Positions 26,420 through 37,190 of a stretch of DNA of 64,000 nucleotides are shown in pieces; within the stretch, counting starts at the first letter, position 1, and each line of letters opens with the position of its first letter. This DNA comes from an uncultured virus (IMG/VR IMGVR_UViG_3300048065_001102) (Duplodnaviria > Heunggongvirae > Uroviricota > Caudoviricetes), in the IMG/VR virus record IMGVR_UViG_3300048065_001102; one strand, 5' to 3'. Under the pieces are notes generated by a model, which was given only the letters and a program-made list of their open reading frames with translations, was not told where the DNA came from and made no database searches. The position numbers and the translations under genes are program-made.

Positions 26420-29026
26420 TTAGTTTATCAACTCCAATAATTTTTTACTAAAATAATCGTAGTCCAAATCAGACTTATCAAAATTTAATAAGTATTCGTG
26501 TGTTTCAGCATATAACTCTTTAAGTTTTTCTTCATCTTTAAGTTTTTCCTCTACTTCTGATAAATCTGTAAAAAACATAGGATAATCATTTCCAACATAC
26601 TCAATAACCGCAGGAATTTTTTTCACAAAAAACGGAGTGTTTGACGACATCAACTCAAGAACTGAATTGTTTGCGGACGCATCTATTAAATCAATTAAAA
26701 CAATATTTGTTGTAATTAGTTTATCATACTTTTTAAAACTCTTGGTAAACACCATTTCCACCGAATTTATATCTACATCCAAATCCAACATCTTAATTTC
26801 TTCGTCACGTCTGGTATGCATCAATTTCAAATCTGGATGTCCATACATCCACATCTTATCATACGGAGACTTTAATTTGTATATAGATGATATGCTTCTC
26901 ATTTGTTGACCAAGTGCAATTACTTTTTTGTTTGGATTTTCAAGAAATTTATTCATTTCAAACTTTTTTATGTTGCCAATGACAGGATGTTTCAATGTTA
27001 TTATATTAACTCTATCATCAAGTTTACTTTCTATATATGCTTTCATATAATCACTTAAAACTACTAATGCTTTACAATATTTTAAACTATTTAAAAAGTT
27101 TTCACTTTCGAGCAATTTATCTATGTGGCATATTTGTAAGTGTGGAGGTGTATTTGGAGTCATGTGTGAAATTCCAACCCACTCACGTTCAATTGCATTT
27201 CCGTTGTCCCAAACAAAATATTTTTCTAATATATCAAGAAGTGCAGTTCCACAATCTCTTCTTAGATATTTATTTTTAAGCATATATTGTAGCAAAGATC
27301 TCCAACCACCACGATGTGCCGATGATTCACCGTTAAAATATGCCCAATCATAAAGTTCATACGCATTAAATAATCTAAACATTGCATCGCAGTTTGCCAA
27401 CCAATACTGATGACCACCAAGTGAGTCTGGACTATAAACTCGTTCCTCAGAAAACTTTTTTGCAGTTTCCGCATTGGCAACTTTTCCAATATTAAAATCT
27501 AACATTACCTTACTGAAATAAACATCCTCAGGTGGATTTTCAAGTTTTACATTTTCCACATATCGTTTTGTGTCTTCACTTAATTCCAACTCACTTGGTG
27601 TTACAGTTTCAAGGCACTTAATAAGTTTGCTTTTTTTTCTAAAAGAGAATCCACCATTTCCCACACCAACTGAATTGTCTGTTTGATTTGGTAACCAAGG
27701 TGCTCCGATATAATCATAATCTAAAAATTCGTTTATTTGATCATGAAATAACATAGCATCTTGTTGATAAATTAGTATATTTTCTTCATCAAAACTATTC
27801 CAAAAATCTTTACTTAAAAATAAATTGTTATATGAATTTTGAGTAAATTTTTCCAAGTCCACACTAACCACTTGTATACTTTCATTTATTGTATTGCAGA
27901 ATTCTTGCATAGATTTTAAAGAAGTTGATGTGCATACTATCTTTATTGCAAATTGTGGAAGTTTATTCATTACATTTCTTATAATGAACTCAAGGTGTGG
28001 CAAAATTCTATCTTCCGGAATAATTACAACAGAATCGGTTTTTATTGGGATTGTTTGATTTTTTGTTTTTTCTCTTAACTCATCAGTTTGAAGAAAGCAT
28101 ACAAATGAATGCATCAATTTTGGGTTGTTAGAAATTTCTTCGTATTTTGTTGCTAAATTTATACTTAGTTTCTCACACAATTTGTCTAACTTTTCATCAG
28201 AGAATAATGTGTATTTTATATTATGTCTATCAGCAAAATTACAAAATATTTGGTCAAATCTTCTTCTTGATTTATTAAAATGTTTTTTGTATCTGCGTTT
28301 ATTTTTGTCAACATACCAAATTTTTTTGTCAGTAAAATGTTCTCTGTGATCATGTTGTTCTTGAACATGGTAATTTACAGATAATAAATTATGCGACAAA
28401 TTTTCTTTGTGAGTATTATAAAACCAATTTAAATGACCTTCGTCCCACCAAGTTGAGATAAAATCATTTTCAAGATCTTTTTCCACATTTTTTTCTAATG
28501 TCAAAAACATTTCTTTGAACTTGTTTGGTTTTGCTCCGAAAAATCTACCACCAACATATTCAGGATCTACCCACGAATCAGAAAAACAAGCAGTGGAAAT
28601 TTCATTTCTTTCAAATGGTTTTTCGTCAACCGATTCATCAAGATGATTGTCGTGTAGTGTAAATGTATAATCATTTTCTAAATTTATATCACTGCAAGTT
28701 ATTTGTGTAAAACAACGAGCATTACTATTTAGAAAAAATACGTAATCGTAATCGTTTATAGCATTGTTTATTTGTTCGTTAAAAATTTTGTATCTTAGCA
28801 AAGTGATATATGGAAATGGCATATCATCAATAACATATTCTGTCACTTTACCTTCTACACATCTGACATTCTCTAATTTTTTGTCGGCACAAATAAAAAA
28901 ATGTTTATCACAATCAGGAAGAAAATCAAATTCTATGCTTTTTGCAAACTGCTTGTAAAACACAGAGTAATTTCCTGTGAATATTGAAAATATTGCAATT
29001 CGTTTTTTTATATCATCTTCCATCAT
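26420..29026 (-). CDS. three-domain glycosyltransferase (GT6 + DUF5672-like + GT-B-like)
   Basis: IFSIFTGNY, LLRY, DYVFFLNSN, WWDEGHLN (GT6); YDYIGAPW, VGNGGFSFR, PEDVYF (DUF5672-like); C-domain paralogous to 1700-2644. Confidence 0.8.
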   Translation of the reverse strand: MMEDDIKKRIAIFSIFTGNYSVFYKQFAKSIEFDFLPDCDKHFFICADKKLENVRCVEGKVTEYVIDDMPFPYITLLRYKIFNEQINNAINDYDYVFFLNSNARCFTQITCSDINLENDYTFTLHDNHLDESVDEKPFERNEISTACFSDSWVDPEYVGGRFFGAKPNKFKEMFLTLEKNVEKDLENDFISTWWDEGHLNWFYNTHKENLSHNLLSVNYHVQEQHDHREHFTDKKIWYVDKNKRRYKKHFNKSRRRFDQIFCNFADRHNIKYTLFSDEKLDKLCEKLSINLATKYEEISNNPKLMHSFVCFLQTDELREKTKNQTIPIKTDSVVIIPEDRILPHLEFIIRNVMNKLPQFAIKIVCTSTSLKSMQEFCNTINESIQVVSVDLEKFTQNSYNNLFLSKDFWNSFDEENILIYQQDAMLFHDQINEFLDYDYIGAPWLPNQTDNSVGVGNGGFSFRKKSKLIKCLETVTPSELELSEDTKRYVENVKLENPPEDVYFSKVMLDFNIGKVANAETAKKFSEERVYSPDSLGGHQYWLANCDAMFRLFNAYELYDWAYFNGESSAHRGGWRSLLQYMLKNKYLRRDCGTALLDILEKYFVWDNGNAIEREWVGISHMTPNTPPHLQICHIDKLLESENFLNSLKYCKALVVLSDYMKAYIESKLDDRVNIITLKHPVIGNIKKFEMNKFLENPNKKVIALGQQMRSISSIYKLKSPYDKMWMYGHPDLKLMHTRRDEEIKMLDLDVDINSVEMVFTKSFKKYDKLITTNIVLIDLIDASANNSVLELMSSNTPFFVKKIPAVIEYVGNDYPMFFTDLSEVEEKLKDEEKLKELYAETHEYLLNFDKSDLDYDYFSKKLLELIN

Positions 29027-29027
29027 C

Positions 29028-29036
29028 TATAAATAT
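29028..29036 (-). promoter_or_regulatory. ATATTTATA motif (putative late promoter)
   Basis: Directly upstream of ATG ATG of the 868-aa GT, no SD. Confidence 0.5.
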
Positions 29037-29069
29037 AAATCCAAGTAGATTTAAAAAGTCTATACAGAA

Positions 29070-29747
29070 CTATTTTAACTTATACCTCTCTAAATATTTT
29101 TCGTGCAATTGAAAATGTTCTTTTATAAACCAATTTTCAAGTTGTTCTTTAGTTTCTTGATCCATTTCAGATTGATGGAATTTAAAGTCTGCTTTTCCCT
29201 TCGTCAACGAAGGTGCTCCACGTGTCTGAGAACCTACTTTATTACTCCCCCCACTTTCATACAATTTTACTGAAATGTCACGATGCTCTTTAACATCAAT
29301 ATCACCCCATTCGTTGCGAACTTCAAGAAAGTCCAAGAATTGCTTCATATACGTTGCAGGATCACTTACAAAGTCCTCGTAATACATAATCATCTTATCA
29401 CCTTGAAACGCATCATAAACATATAGATTGTCCGTGAAGTCACTCATTCTGCTTACTTTCTTATCAAATGTTCTTCCACGACAATGACGAACGAAACATT
29501 CACGATAATCTCTCAATACACAAACCAATTTCTGAATGTCTCTTCCCTGTATATCTTCCTCTGATAATTTATGACGTTTGTATAAAGTTGCGTTGGTTTT
29601 CTCGGTGCGTTGTTCACCCCAATGGTTCGTTTCCACCAAAATGTTTCGTTCACTTGTATTTTCATTTGAAAAATATTCAAACCAATAACGAACCCAATTT
29701 GATCCAGTTCTTGGCAATGATAATAAACAATTTTTAAACTTTTTCAT
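29070..29747 (-). CDS. divergent sulfotransferase
   Basis: LLSLPRTGSNWVR, K.H, LRDYRECFV, YYEDFVSDP. Confidence 0.7.
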   Translation of the reverse strand: MKKFKNCLLSLPRTGSNWVRYWFEYFSNENTSERNILVETNHWGEQRTEKTNATLYKRHKLSEEDIQGRDIQKLVCVLRDYRECFVRHCRGRTFDKKVSRMSDFTDNLYVYDAFQGDKMIMYYEDFVSDPATYMKQFLDFLEVRNEWGDIDVKEHRDISVKLYESGGSNKVGSQTRGAPSLTKGKADFKFHQSEMDQETKEQLENWFIKEHFQLHEKYLERYKLK

Positions 29748-30577
29748 TTCTCTATCTCAGGCAATATAAAAGGTTTATCTCCATACCATGCACCAAATCT
29801 ACCAAAACTACTTCCGTGGCATCCGTATACTTTCTGAGTGCATGATAATAATAGCATATCTATTAATCCTTGTTCAGTCGGAGAATGACGTTTTCTATGC
29901 CCACCTGGATAAATTTCTCCTCCATCTACATCATCAAATTCTCTTTCTGTTTTTACCATTACATCTTCATATTTGGTCATGAACTTTTCTTCTGTCCATT
30001 TGTTGTCAGTAGCAAGAAAAAATCTTGCATCAGGATTTTGTTTAAGTTCACTCTGAATACTTTGATCGAACCATGTATCAGGAGTTTTATCTTGTTCTTT
30101 AAGATCAGTTCGTCTGATATGCAGTCCGATTGAATTTTTAATATTCAGTGTTTCTGTGTATTCTTTTAATTTTTGTTCAATGTTAGGTAATAAAATAATA
30201 TTCTGTCTTTGATTATTCACAAATTTTTGAAATTCTTTTTTACTTAAATCAAAATTATTTTCAATAATAACATCGTGAAATTTATTATTTGGATAATTTT
30301 TACGAATCCATAATGTTTTTTTATCAATTTTAAATTTTTTATGTTCAACTAAATTCATATTATCAGGAACTTCAAACAGGTCGGTAAAGTGTTTTTTTCC
30401 ACACGCATCATCCGGTCTCCAACTCATTGTATAAGAAACATTTAAATATTCTGCAAATGCTGATGTTGTGATCCATGCTCTCATACGATTTGCAAGACCA
30501 CTCATAAACGATTCATAATAAACTTTGCTTATCTTATTAGGCAAATATTCTGACTTTATATCATTTCCCATACGCAT
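29744..30577 (-). CDS. fucosyltransferase-like GT-B (GT11/GT23/O-FucT-type)
   Basis: SGLANRMR, IGLHIRRTD, FFLATDN, DMLLLS..GSSFG are GDP-sugar binding motifs of this clan. Confidence 0.75.
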   Translation of the reverse strand: MRMGNDIKSEYLPNKISKVYYESFMSGLANRMRAWITTSAFAEYLNVSYTMSWRPDDACGKKHFTDLFEVPDNMNLVEHKKFKIDKKTLWIRKNYPNNKFHDVIIENNFDLSKKEFQKFVNNQRQNIILLPNIEQKLKEYTETLNIKNSIGLHIRRTDLKEQDKTPDTWFDQSIQSELKQNPDARFFLATDNKWTEEKFMTKYEDVMVKTEREFDDVDGGEIYPGGHRKRHSPTEQGLIDMLLLSCTQKVYGCHGSSFGRFGAWYGDKPFILPEIEK

Positions 30578-30586
30578 TATAAATAT
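30578..30586 (-). promoter_or_regulatory. ATATTTATA motif (putative late promoter)
   Basis: Abuts ATG 30577; 6 nt from the alternative ATG 30571. Confidence 0.5.
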
Positions 30587-30603
30587 AATATATATAATAG
30601 TTT

Positions 30604-32529
30604 TTATAACGCATAATCTAAATTTTCAACACCAATGTAAACATCATCGAAGTCATCTGAATCATATCCAATTAATTCATATTCAAGTGGTGGTAATGTA
30701 GTATCTGTGTATATTCCTTTTATTATTTTCCACGGCAATGAATATAAAGTTTTTCCGTCACTCAATTCTGTAAATCTAAATAAATCTAAATTGGGTCTTT
30801 TTCCGTATAATTCAATTTCAAATAAACCAAAATATTCTTCGTCTTGGTCATGCACATCCTCAAATACAAATTTGTAGTGTTTATATTCACCTGGATTTTT
30901 TATTTCATAAACCTCATCTGTTCCACGTGGCCAGTCTACTAATGTTTTCTCTCCAGTTCCTTCACCATACAATTCTATTTCACCAAGCATAATATATTCA
31001 CCACTAAATGTAGTTGTTTGAATCACAATACGATAATATTGATAATAATCTGGATTTTTTATATAAAATCTTCTTCGTTCACCAGCAGACCAATTTATTT
31101 GATTTTGTACTTCATCGAGGTCAACCCACGTTCCTTCTTCTAACACAGACGGATTATTATTACCTTGAAGTTTCCAGGAAGAAATCATATTGTTCTCGTA
31201 TTCTTCTAGTGGTGCAAATATATCATACTCCACAACTTTTTGTTGAGAACTAAATTGATAAGAAATAAATGCATTTGGCAAATCAGATTGCAATCCTTTA
31301 AAATAAGTTCCTACATCATCGTCTATTATGTTATCAGGTCCATACTCTGAATAAGTTGAACTTGTAACAATTACATCAATTTCATTATTTGTAATTAAAT
31401 TTGTTTTAATATATTCATATTCAGGATAAACCTCATCTAATAATTCCCAATTTTCTAGAATATTAATATCAACTAGTTCGGTAGCTCCATATAATTTCCA
31501 CTGAGAAGGTGGAGATACAAAAGCTGATGTCATTTTATATTTTGTACAATGTCGTGAGATTTCATTAAATTCATATTGAATATAAGCACTTCCCAAATTT
31601 GATTGTTTTACTAACCACGCACCAAAATTTGAACCTGATTCATGTCCAACTTCAAACGGCCGTGGAAAACGATTATCAAATGCATTTTTTGGTGGGAATG
31701 CTCTATGAGAAATTGTTCCATTAATTATACCTCTGTCTAATCCACTTACTTTGTCATGGTAATTTAAAATATTATTTTCTTGATACGCAATTCTAACTCT
31801 GATTTTGTATCCCGCACTTCTTTCCAAAACTAAATACGCAGCTCTTATAGCAGAAAATGGTTCATTAAGTTTTATTGGTACAAGTGATCCATCCAACAAA
31901 AATAACCATGCTTTGATACTATTATCACCAAACCAATCCATTCCATCGATACTATTTTCATTAAATTCGTTAAAGTTATCTGGTTTATCTTGACGAATCC
32001 ATTCATTGAATATTACCAAATCATTCCAATCAATTTTGTCTTCATTTTCATAATCATATTTTGCATTTAGAAAATTAGGTAAAATTTCAACCTTTGGGTA
32101 ATTATCAATCACTCGATTGTACTCATCCTTGCTTTTTGGTTGAGATAATATAAATTTAGCAAGAATTTGTGATTCAGTTTCATCAACTATTTTATCATTA
32201 TCCCAGTCGGATGTAATTTCAAGATTTTCGTTTTTATTTGTAGAATACACTACCGAAGATAAAGGTATAGATGAAGCATCTGGTGTTGATTTGGAATTTT
32301 TTACAAATTCTTCAATTGAACTTGGTTTTCCTTGCATTACCCAATTGTATGCAATTAAATAATCGTCAATAGATATAAAACCGTCGTCATCAAAGTCACG
32401 AAAAAAAATATTATCTAATATTGACTGAGAATAATTTAATTTTTTAATATTCTCAACTGCTATTTTATCATCTTTTACAATTTCATGTAACTGATTTAAA
32501 TAATAAAAGTCTGCATTATTTGTTTTCAT
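30604..32529 (-). CDS. probable structural protein with EF-hand/dockerin-like repeats and discoidin (F5/8-like) domains
   Basis: DFDDDGFISIDDYL plus two related repeats; NAFD..W..YIQYEF..P.QWKLYG and SWKLQG..WVDLD..YQYYRIVI..LGEIELYG. Confidence 0.65.
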   Translation of the reverse strand: MKTNNADFYYLNQLHEIVKDDKIAVENIKKLNYSQSILDNIFFRDFDDDGFISIDDYLIAYNWVMQGKPSSIEEFVKNSKSTPDASSIPLSSVVYSTNKNENLEITSDWDNDKIVDETESQILAKFILSQPKSKDEYNRVIDNYPKVEILPNFLNAKYDYENEDKIDWNDLVIFNEWIRQDKPDNFNEFNENSIDGMDWFGDNSIKAWLFLLDGSLVPIKLNEPFSAIRAAYLVLERSAGYKIRVRIAYQENNILNYHDKVSGLDRGIINGTISHRAFPPKNAFDNRFPRPFEVGHESGSNFGAWLVKQSNLGSAYIQYEFNEISRHCTKYKMTSAFVSPPSQWKLYGATELVDINILENWELLDEVYPEYEYIKTNLITNNEIDVIVTSSTYSEYGPDNIIDDDVGTYFKGLQSDLPNAFISYQFSSQQKVVEYDIFAPLEEYENNMISSWKLQGNNNPSVLEEGTWVDLDEVQNQINWSAGERRRFYIKNPDYYQYYRIVIQTTTFSGEYIMLGEIELYGEGTGEKTLVDWPRGTDEVYEIKNPGEYKHYKFVFEDVHDQDEEYFGLFEIELYGKRPNLDLFRFTELSDGKTLYSLPWKIIKGIYTDTTLPPLEYELIGYDSDDFDDVYIGVENLDYAL

Positions 32530-32549
32530 TGTTTCTTCGTATATTTGAA

Positions 32550-33614
32550 TTAAATTCCATATTTAAATATCGAAGACGAATAAAATTCTATATAAGAAAC
32601 TTTTTCATTTTTTCTACCATTTGGTTTTACATCAGGTGTGTATGTCAACCATAGATTGTGAGTTTTTGGATTAGCTTTTGCTACATTGTAATATGATAAA
32701 TTTGTTTCATATCCAAATTCCACAACAGAGTTTGCTTCCTCTAAAAAATGACTTACAATAAATTTTTTACAATTTTTATTTAAAATACAATCTACATGAA
32801 AATAAACACCAAATGAATCTTTTCTAATTGCATCAATAATATAGGACTTTCCTTTTCCGTTTGCGTAATCAAAAACTACTCTGTCACCCACATTCACCGA
32901 TGATACATTGCAATAAACTTTTGTACCAGTGTGTGATATAAAATTAGGAGGTGGTATTATAGAATTTTCTGTGGCATTTTCGTGGGATACCTTGAAAATA
33001 TAATCATTGCAATAAATTACATCATACAATCCTGTAAAAATTGAATCTTTAAATTCTACCAATGAGTTTTGTTTTAAACCATGCTTTTGTTCACATACTA
33101 TATTAACAAAACCATCGGTATCACACCAACAATGCTTTGTTTGAATTAGACTTGAATCGTGACTTATTCTGTCGATAGATTGATAATTCTTATCTGAGTT
33201 ATATCCTATTTTTATTCCGTGTTTTTCAATTTTATTATGTTGAGTAACTTCTGTTATGAAATATCCAGGACTTGAGTTTCGCACCATACCTTGTTTTACA
33301 TCTTCGTCAATATAAGCACGATATTTACCGTTACCAATATATTCAATAGAATTTGATACATCACTTATTTTACCCTTGCAAACTACGACACTCGTTCCAG
33401 CCTCCACAAGAGAAAAATTTGTAAATAAATTTTCCAAAGGAAGTTTTTCTTCAATTTCTTCTTTGGTATTATCTACAACTGAAATATGATCTTCTAATAA
33501 ATCAGCACCATATACGGATGAACTTAAATCTGCATATGGTTTACTTTCTATAAAGCTTATCTTATTTTCTTCAGAAATTATTAAAGACGAAAGTGAGTCT
33601 TTATCATTATTCAT
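32550..33614 (-). CDS. hypothetical beta-rich protein
   Basis: 354-aa ORF in co-directional block; HGL....V.F....G.Y.V repeat-like segment. Confidence 0.5.
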   Translation of the reverse strand: MNNDKDSLSSLIISEENKISFIESKPYADLSSSVYGADLLEDHISVVDNTKEEIEEKLPLENLFTNFSLVEAGTSVVVCKGKISDVSNSIEYIGNGKYRAYIDEDVKQGMVRNSSPGYFITEVTQHNKIEKHGIKIGYNSDKNYQSIDRISHDSSLIQTKHCWCDTDGFVNIVCEQKHGLKQNSLVEFKDSIFTGLYDVIYCNDYIFKVSHENATENSIIPPPNFISHTGTKVYCNVSSVNVGDRVVFDYANGKGKSYIIDAIRKDSFGVYFHVDCILNKNCKKFIVSHFLEEANSVVEFGYETNLSYYNVAKANPKTHNLWLTYTPDVKPNGRKNEKVSYIEFYSSSIFKYGI

Positions 33615-33618
33615 TTGC

Positions 33619-35856
33619 TCAACCTTCTTTTTCTGAAATAATAATTTTTCCGTTCTTACTCTCTACAATTTTAATTACATTTTTAAATGCGTTTACATTT
33701 CTTTTGAAATCAACCGAAACGTTGATGTTTTCACCTGTAATGTTTAGATCTATTTGATCAGGTCCATCAATAAATGTATCATTTACCTTCCACGATGCCA
33801 TTTTATTGTTAGGTGTATTTGCATTTAATCGCATGACAAATTTAGTTGAACCCTTATATAATAAAGGATTTCCATATTCTGCAATTAAATGACCATGTGG
33901 ACAATATACATCAATTACATTTCCAATTGTAGAAGTCCAAGGAGATATTTTTATAGTTGGACTCCCAGTTTTTGCCAACTCTTCATAATTTTGAGATGAT
34001 AAATCTGACTCGGATTCTATTTGATTTTTTACATAATTATTCAATCTTGCATCACCGGTAGAATTATCCGTGATCCAGTCTGCAAGTTTTGGTGAACCGA
34101 CTCCAAAACCAAATGGTAACACACATAGATTTTCGGAATCTGTTAAGGGTGGTTTACCCCACTCAGATGGAAAATCTTTGTTTAGTTTTTCAACAAGAAA
34201 TAATGTTTCTTCTTGTTCTGAATGTGGAGAATCATTTGATTTTAATATCGTAACACTTCCCTCACTTTGAAAGACTTTAATTATATTGTTTGCAGTACCA
34301 CATACAACATCTTCACGATTTGTTGATAATACACCACCACCTCTTTCAGATGTAATTAAATAACTTTCTTCAAAATTCCATGTTTGTGTATCCGATTCTA
34401 AACTATTACTAATTACACCGTATCTCAACACAGTTGACCCCTGAGTTGGTTCAGTTGAAATCCAAGCATTATCTTGATTATCTAAAACAACTGATCTACC
34501 CAATTCGTATAGACCTATATCATCAACCGCAGTATTAGTCTCAGACTCAGGGAAATTTATCGTAGTTTCGTAGACGAAATTCTCACTATTATCAAGACGA
34601 TATCCAAAAACTACTCCTTCTCGTCTTAGAGGAGGAATTTGTTTGTAAAATTTAGGAGCACCTATTAGTAATATACCTTTACTTCTATTTTCAAAACCGT
34701 GTGGCCTAAAAACAAAATCAAAAGAATGACCAAATTTTATGGCAAGTTTCTCAAAACCATATCCATCTTCAACAGGTATATTTTCCCAATTATATGGAAG
34801 AATTTGTTGTTTAAATTCCCACGATGAAGTTGAATCGTTAAATTTGTATACATAAACTGCACCAAGTTCAAAATCACCATCTTTTTCCGCATCATTTACA
34901 AATAATGTATAATGAGGAGCCCCTATAATTAAAAATTTATCAACACCATTAGAATATGCTTTTATACTAAAACCAAACATAGAAGGATGATGAACAGATG
35001 GTTGATCAATATTACTTATTTGAAGTTCAGTCAAAACTTGAATAGGTTTAATTAAACTTGTTCCTTTTAGCATTTGGTTTTTTTCTAAATCAGAAAGTTT
35101 ATATATAAAAACTGATACATTACTTGGATTTCCAACAAACAAAAAGTCATCTAATATTTCAACTGTTGGTGCTCTTGTAATATTTTCAATTTCAATTAAA
35201 TGACGAAATAAAAATTTTCCATTTGGAAATTTTTGATAGATATTAACATAACCTGTTTGTGGATTGGCATCGTTACCTCCATATAAGTAAGAACTTACTG
35301 CTATGAAATTTTCACTTATTGCTGTCGATTTTAAACCAAAATCTGTATGTGTGAAATCTTGTTTTTTTAAGAATTCCGACGAAGGAACTATATTTGCATA
35401 TTGAATATATTCTCCATTTTTTGTGTAAACTTTTGCCCATCCACATTCTTTTGGTATATCAGTTTCTCCATCCCAAGAACGATAATCAATTGTCGTTGGA
35501 AATGATGCTACAAACGCATTATTATTCATATCAACATTTGCTCCTTTGGAAGATACTGACCAATCATAATCTGCATCATTATATTCTTCGACTGGTAAAT
35601 TTCCATTTGCAATGTGATTTACCTTTAAAAGTTCTTTTGCCGAAGGACCAGAGAAAGCATAATCTTTATTTACATTTAGTTTAAAGAAGTCATTTACAGA
35701 ATCACTTACTACTTTTGCTTGTTCAATTGTTTCATCTATAAGTTCCTCTGTAAAACTTAAATTTAATTCAGTTTTACCTCTTAATATATTTTGTATATTT
35801 GTAACATCCGTGTTATTTACCGAATTTTTATTTTCTGTATCTCCGTATTTACTCAT
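33619..35856 (-). CDS. FG-GAP-like beta-propeller protein
   Basis: FGFSI..LIIGAP..GAVYVY, FGHSF..LLIGAP..GVVF, LGRSV repeats. Confidence 0.65.
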   Translation of the reverse strand: MSKYGDTENKNSVNNTDVTNIQNILRGKTELNLSFTEELIDETIEQAKVVSDSVNDFFKLNVNKDYAFSGPSAKELLKVNHIANGNLPVEEYNDADYDWSVSSKGANVDMNNNAFVASFPTTIDYRSWDGETDIPKECGWAKVYTKNGEYIQYANIVPSSEFLKKQDFTHTDFGLKSTAISENFIAVSSYLYGGNDANPQTGYVNIYQKFPNGKFLFRHLIEIENITRAPTVEILDDFLFVGNPSNVSVFIYKLSDLEKNQMLKGTSLIKPIQVLTELQISNIDQPSVHHPSMFGFSIKAYSNGVDKFLIIGAPHYTLFVNDAEKDGDFELGAVYVYKFNDSTSSWEFKQQILPYNWENIPVEDGYGFEKLAIKFGHSFDFVFRPHGFENRSKGILLIGAPKFYKQIPPLRREGVVFGYRLDNSENFVYETTINFPESETNTAVDDIGLYELGRSVVLDNQDNAWISTEPTQGSTVLRYGVISNSLESDTQTWNFEESYLITSERGGGVLSTNREDVVCGTANNIIKVFQSEGSVTILKSNDSPHSEQEETLFLVEKLNKDFPSEWGKPPLTDSENLCVLPFGFGVGSPKLADWITDNSTGDARLNNYVKNQIESESDLSSQNYEELAKTGSPTIKISPWTSTIGNVIDVYCPHGHLIAEYGNPLLYKGSTKFVMRLNANTPNNKMASWKVNDTFIDGPDQIDLNITGENINVSVDFKRNVNAFKNVIKIVESKNGKIIISEKEG

Positions 35857-35858
35857 TG

Positions 35859-37169
35859 TTATACCTTTACTAAAATGTTACCTTCTGTTCCGATGTTTAT
35901 TAGTTGTCCAGCATAGCATTCACCGGAATTATCCATATATCTAATGTTGTTATTAGTGTCGTCTACTAACGCATTTATTCCAACGGTGATTGCTTTTCCG
36001 TTTTCATCACCAATTCTTAATGTAAATGTTGTTGTATTTTGTGGTGTGGTATAATCTTGAAAGCAAATTGTTCCGTTTAAACTTTGATCTCCGATGCCGG
36101 AAAATCCACTTTCATGATCTTCGACCATTCCATTTACTATACTTGTATGATTGTCCATACCAACACAACAATGTGGAGTAATTGGATCATCAATACATGA
36201 AATTGTATTAAACTTATTTATTGCCGTACTTGAATCGTATGCACGTATTTCCGAAATTATTGGTTCAGAACCTGATAATGTTACAAATGGTACATCAAAC
36301 AAGAATTTTTGACCTGCAAAATCAGATAATGTAAGTGATGTAGTTAATGACAATAATGTAAATGTTGTATGCTTTTGAGTTGGAAGAGATCCATTATCAC
36401 GTATTGCATGATCAACCATTACTCCAGTTGAATCCATGAAACCAGAAATTTCAGAATGATTTACATCCCAATATGTTGTAATTCCTGGATCACCTAATTG
36501 TATATCACTTATATTTGTGGTTGCAGACGGAGCAAATTCTAGATTATCAAAAACAATTTCCAACGCAGAAAGTTTTCCATTCGTTATACCCACAGGATCT
36601 GTGATTGTATCTAAGTCGATTGTAATACTTGCAACTGAACCTGATATACTAACTAAAGCAGTACAGATTTCTGGAATTGGTGTTGGTGTTGGAGTTGGTG
36701 TTGGATCACATTTTTCAACTAATCCGTTGCTTGTAATTACATGAGTGTCATCTGCAAGGGTAGGAAGGTGTTTAATTTCTTTGCTTCCCAATCCTGCAAC
36801 TGCTCCTGACCCTACTTTGCCTTCATAGAATGTCAAAAAAGTTGCTACATCATTCGGTTTTTGATTTCCTGTTGATTGCATATATTGCACATAAGCATTC
36901 AATATATTTACATCAAGGGGATCAATTGTTCCAGTTTCAATGAAATTAGCACAATCCATTTGAGGAAGCACACCAATTGTTTTGTTACCTAGATCGGCAA
37001 CTGCTCCTGATCCTACTTTGCCTTCATAGAATGTCAAAAAAGTTGGTATGTCAGATGGTGGGACATTTCCTGTTGATTGCAAATACTGAACATATGCATT
37101 CAGAATGTTGACATCCAATGGATCATGAGATCCAGTTAATGTATAATTATCATGACAACAATAGTTCAT
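35859..37169 (-). CDS. modular protein: paired dockerin-like repeats, PT linker, cohesin-like domain, CC..CY module
   Basis: Two copies of DPLDVNILNAYVQY.QSTGN...[26 protein letters not shown]-terminal CC...GECYAGQL. Confidence 0.6.
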   Translation of the reverse strand: MNYCCHDNYTLTGSHDPLDVNILNAYVQYLQSTGNVPPSDIPTFLTFYEGKVGSGAVADLGNKTIGVLPQMDCANFIETGTIDPLDVNILNAYVQYMQSTGNQKPNDVATFLTFYEGKVGSGAVAGLGSKEIKHLPTLADDTHVITSNGLVEKCDPTPTPTPTPIPEICTALVSISGSVASITIDLDTITDPVGITNGKLSALEIVFDNLEFAPSATTNISDIQLGDPGITTYWDVNHSEISGFMDSTGVMVDHAIRDNGSLPTQKHTTFTLLSLTTSLTLSDFAGQKFLFDVPFVTLSGSEPIISEIRAYDSSTAINKFNTISCIDDPITPHCCVGMDNHTSIVNGMVEDHESGFSGIGDQSLNGTICFQDYTTPQNTTTFTLRIGDENGKAITVGINALVDDTNNNIRYMDNSGECYAGQLINIGTEGNILVKV

Positions 37170-37190
37170 ATATTCAGTTCCTTTTTATTA

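Noticed and set aside
1..30577. Ordinary bacterial capsule/O-antigen locus
   Set aside because: No flippase, polymerase, ABC exporter, chain-length regulator or initiating transferase is seen. Not fully excluded because the cluster continues past the left edge.
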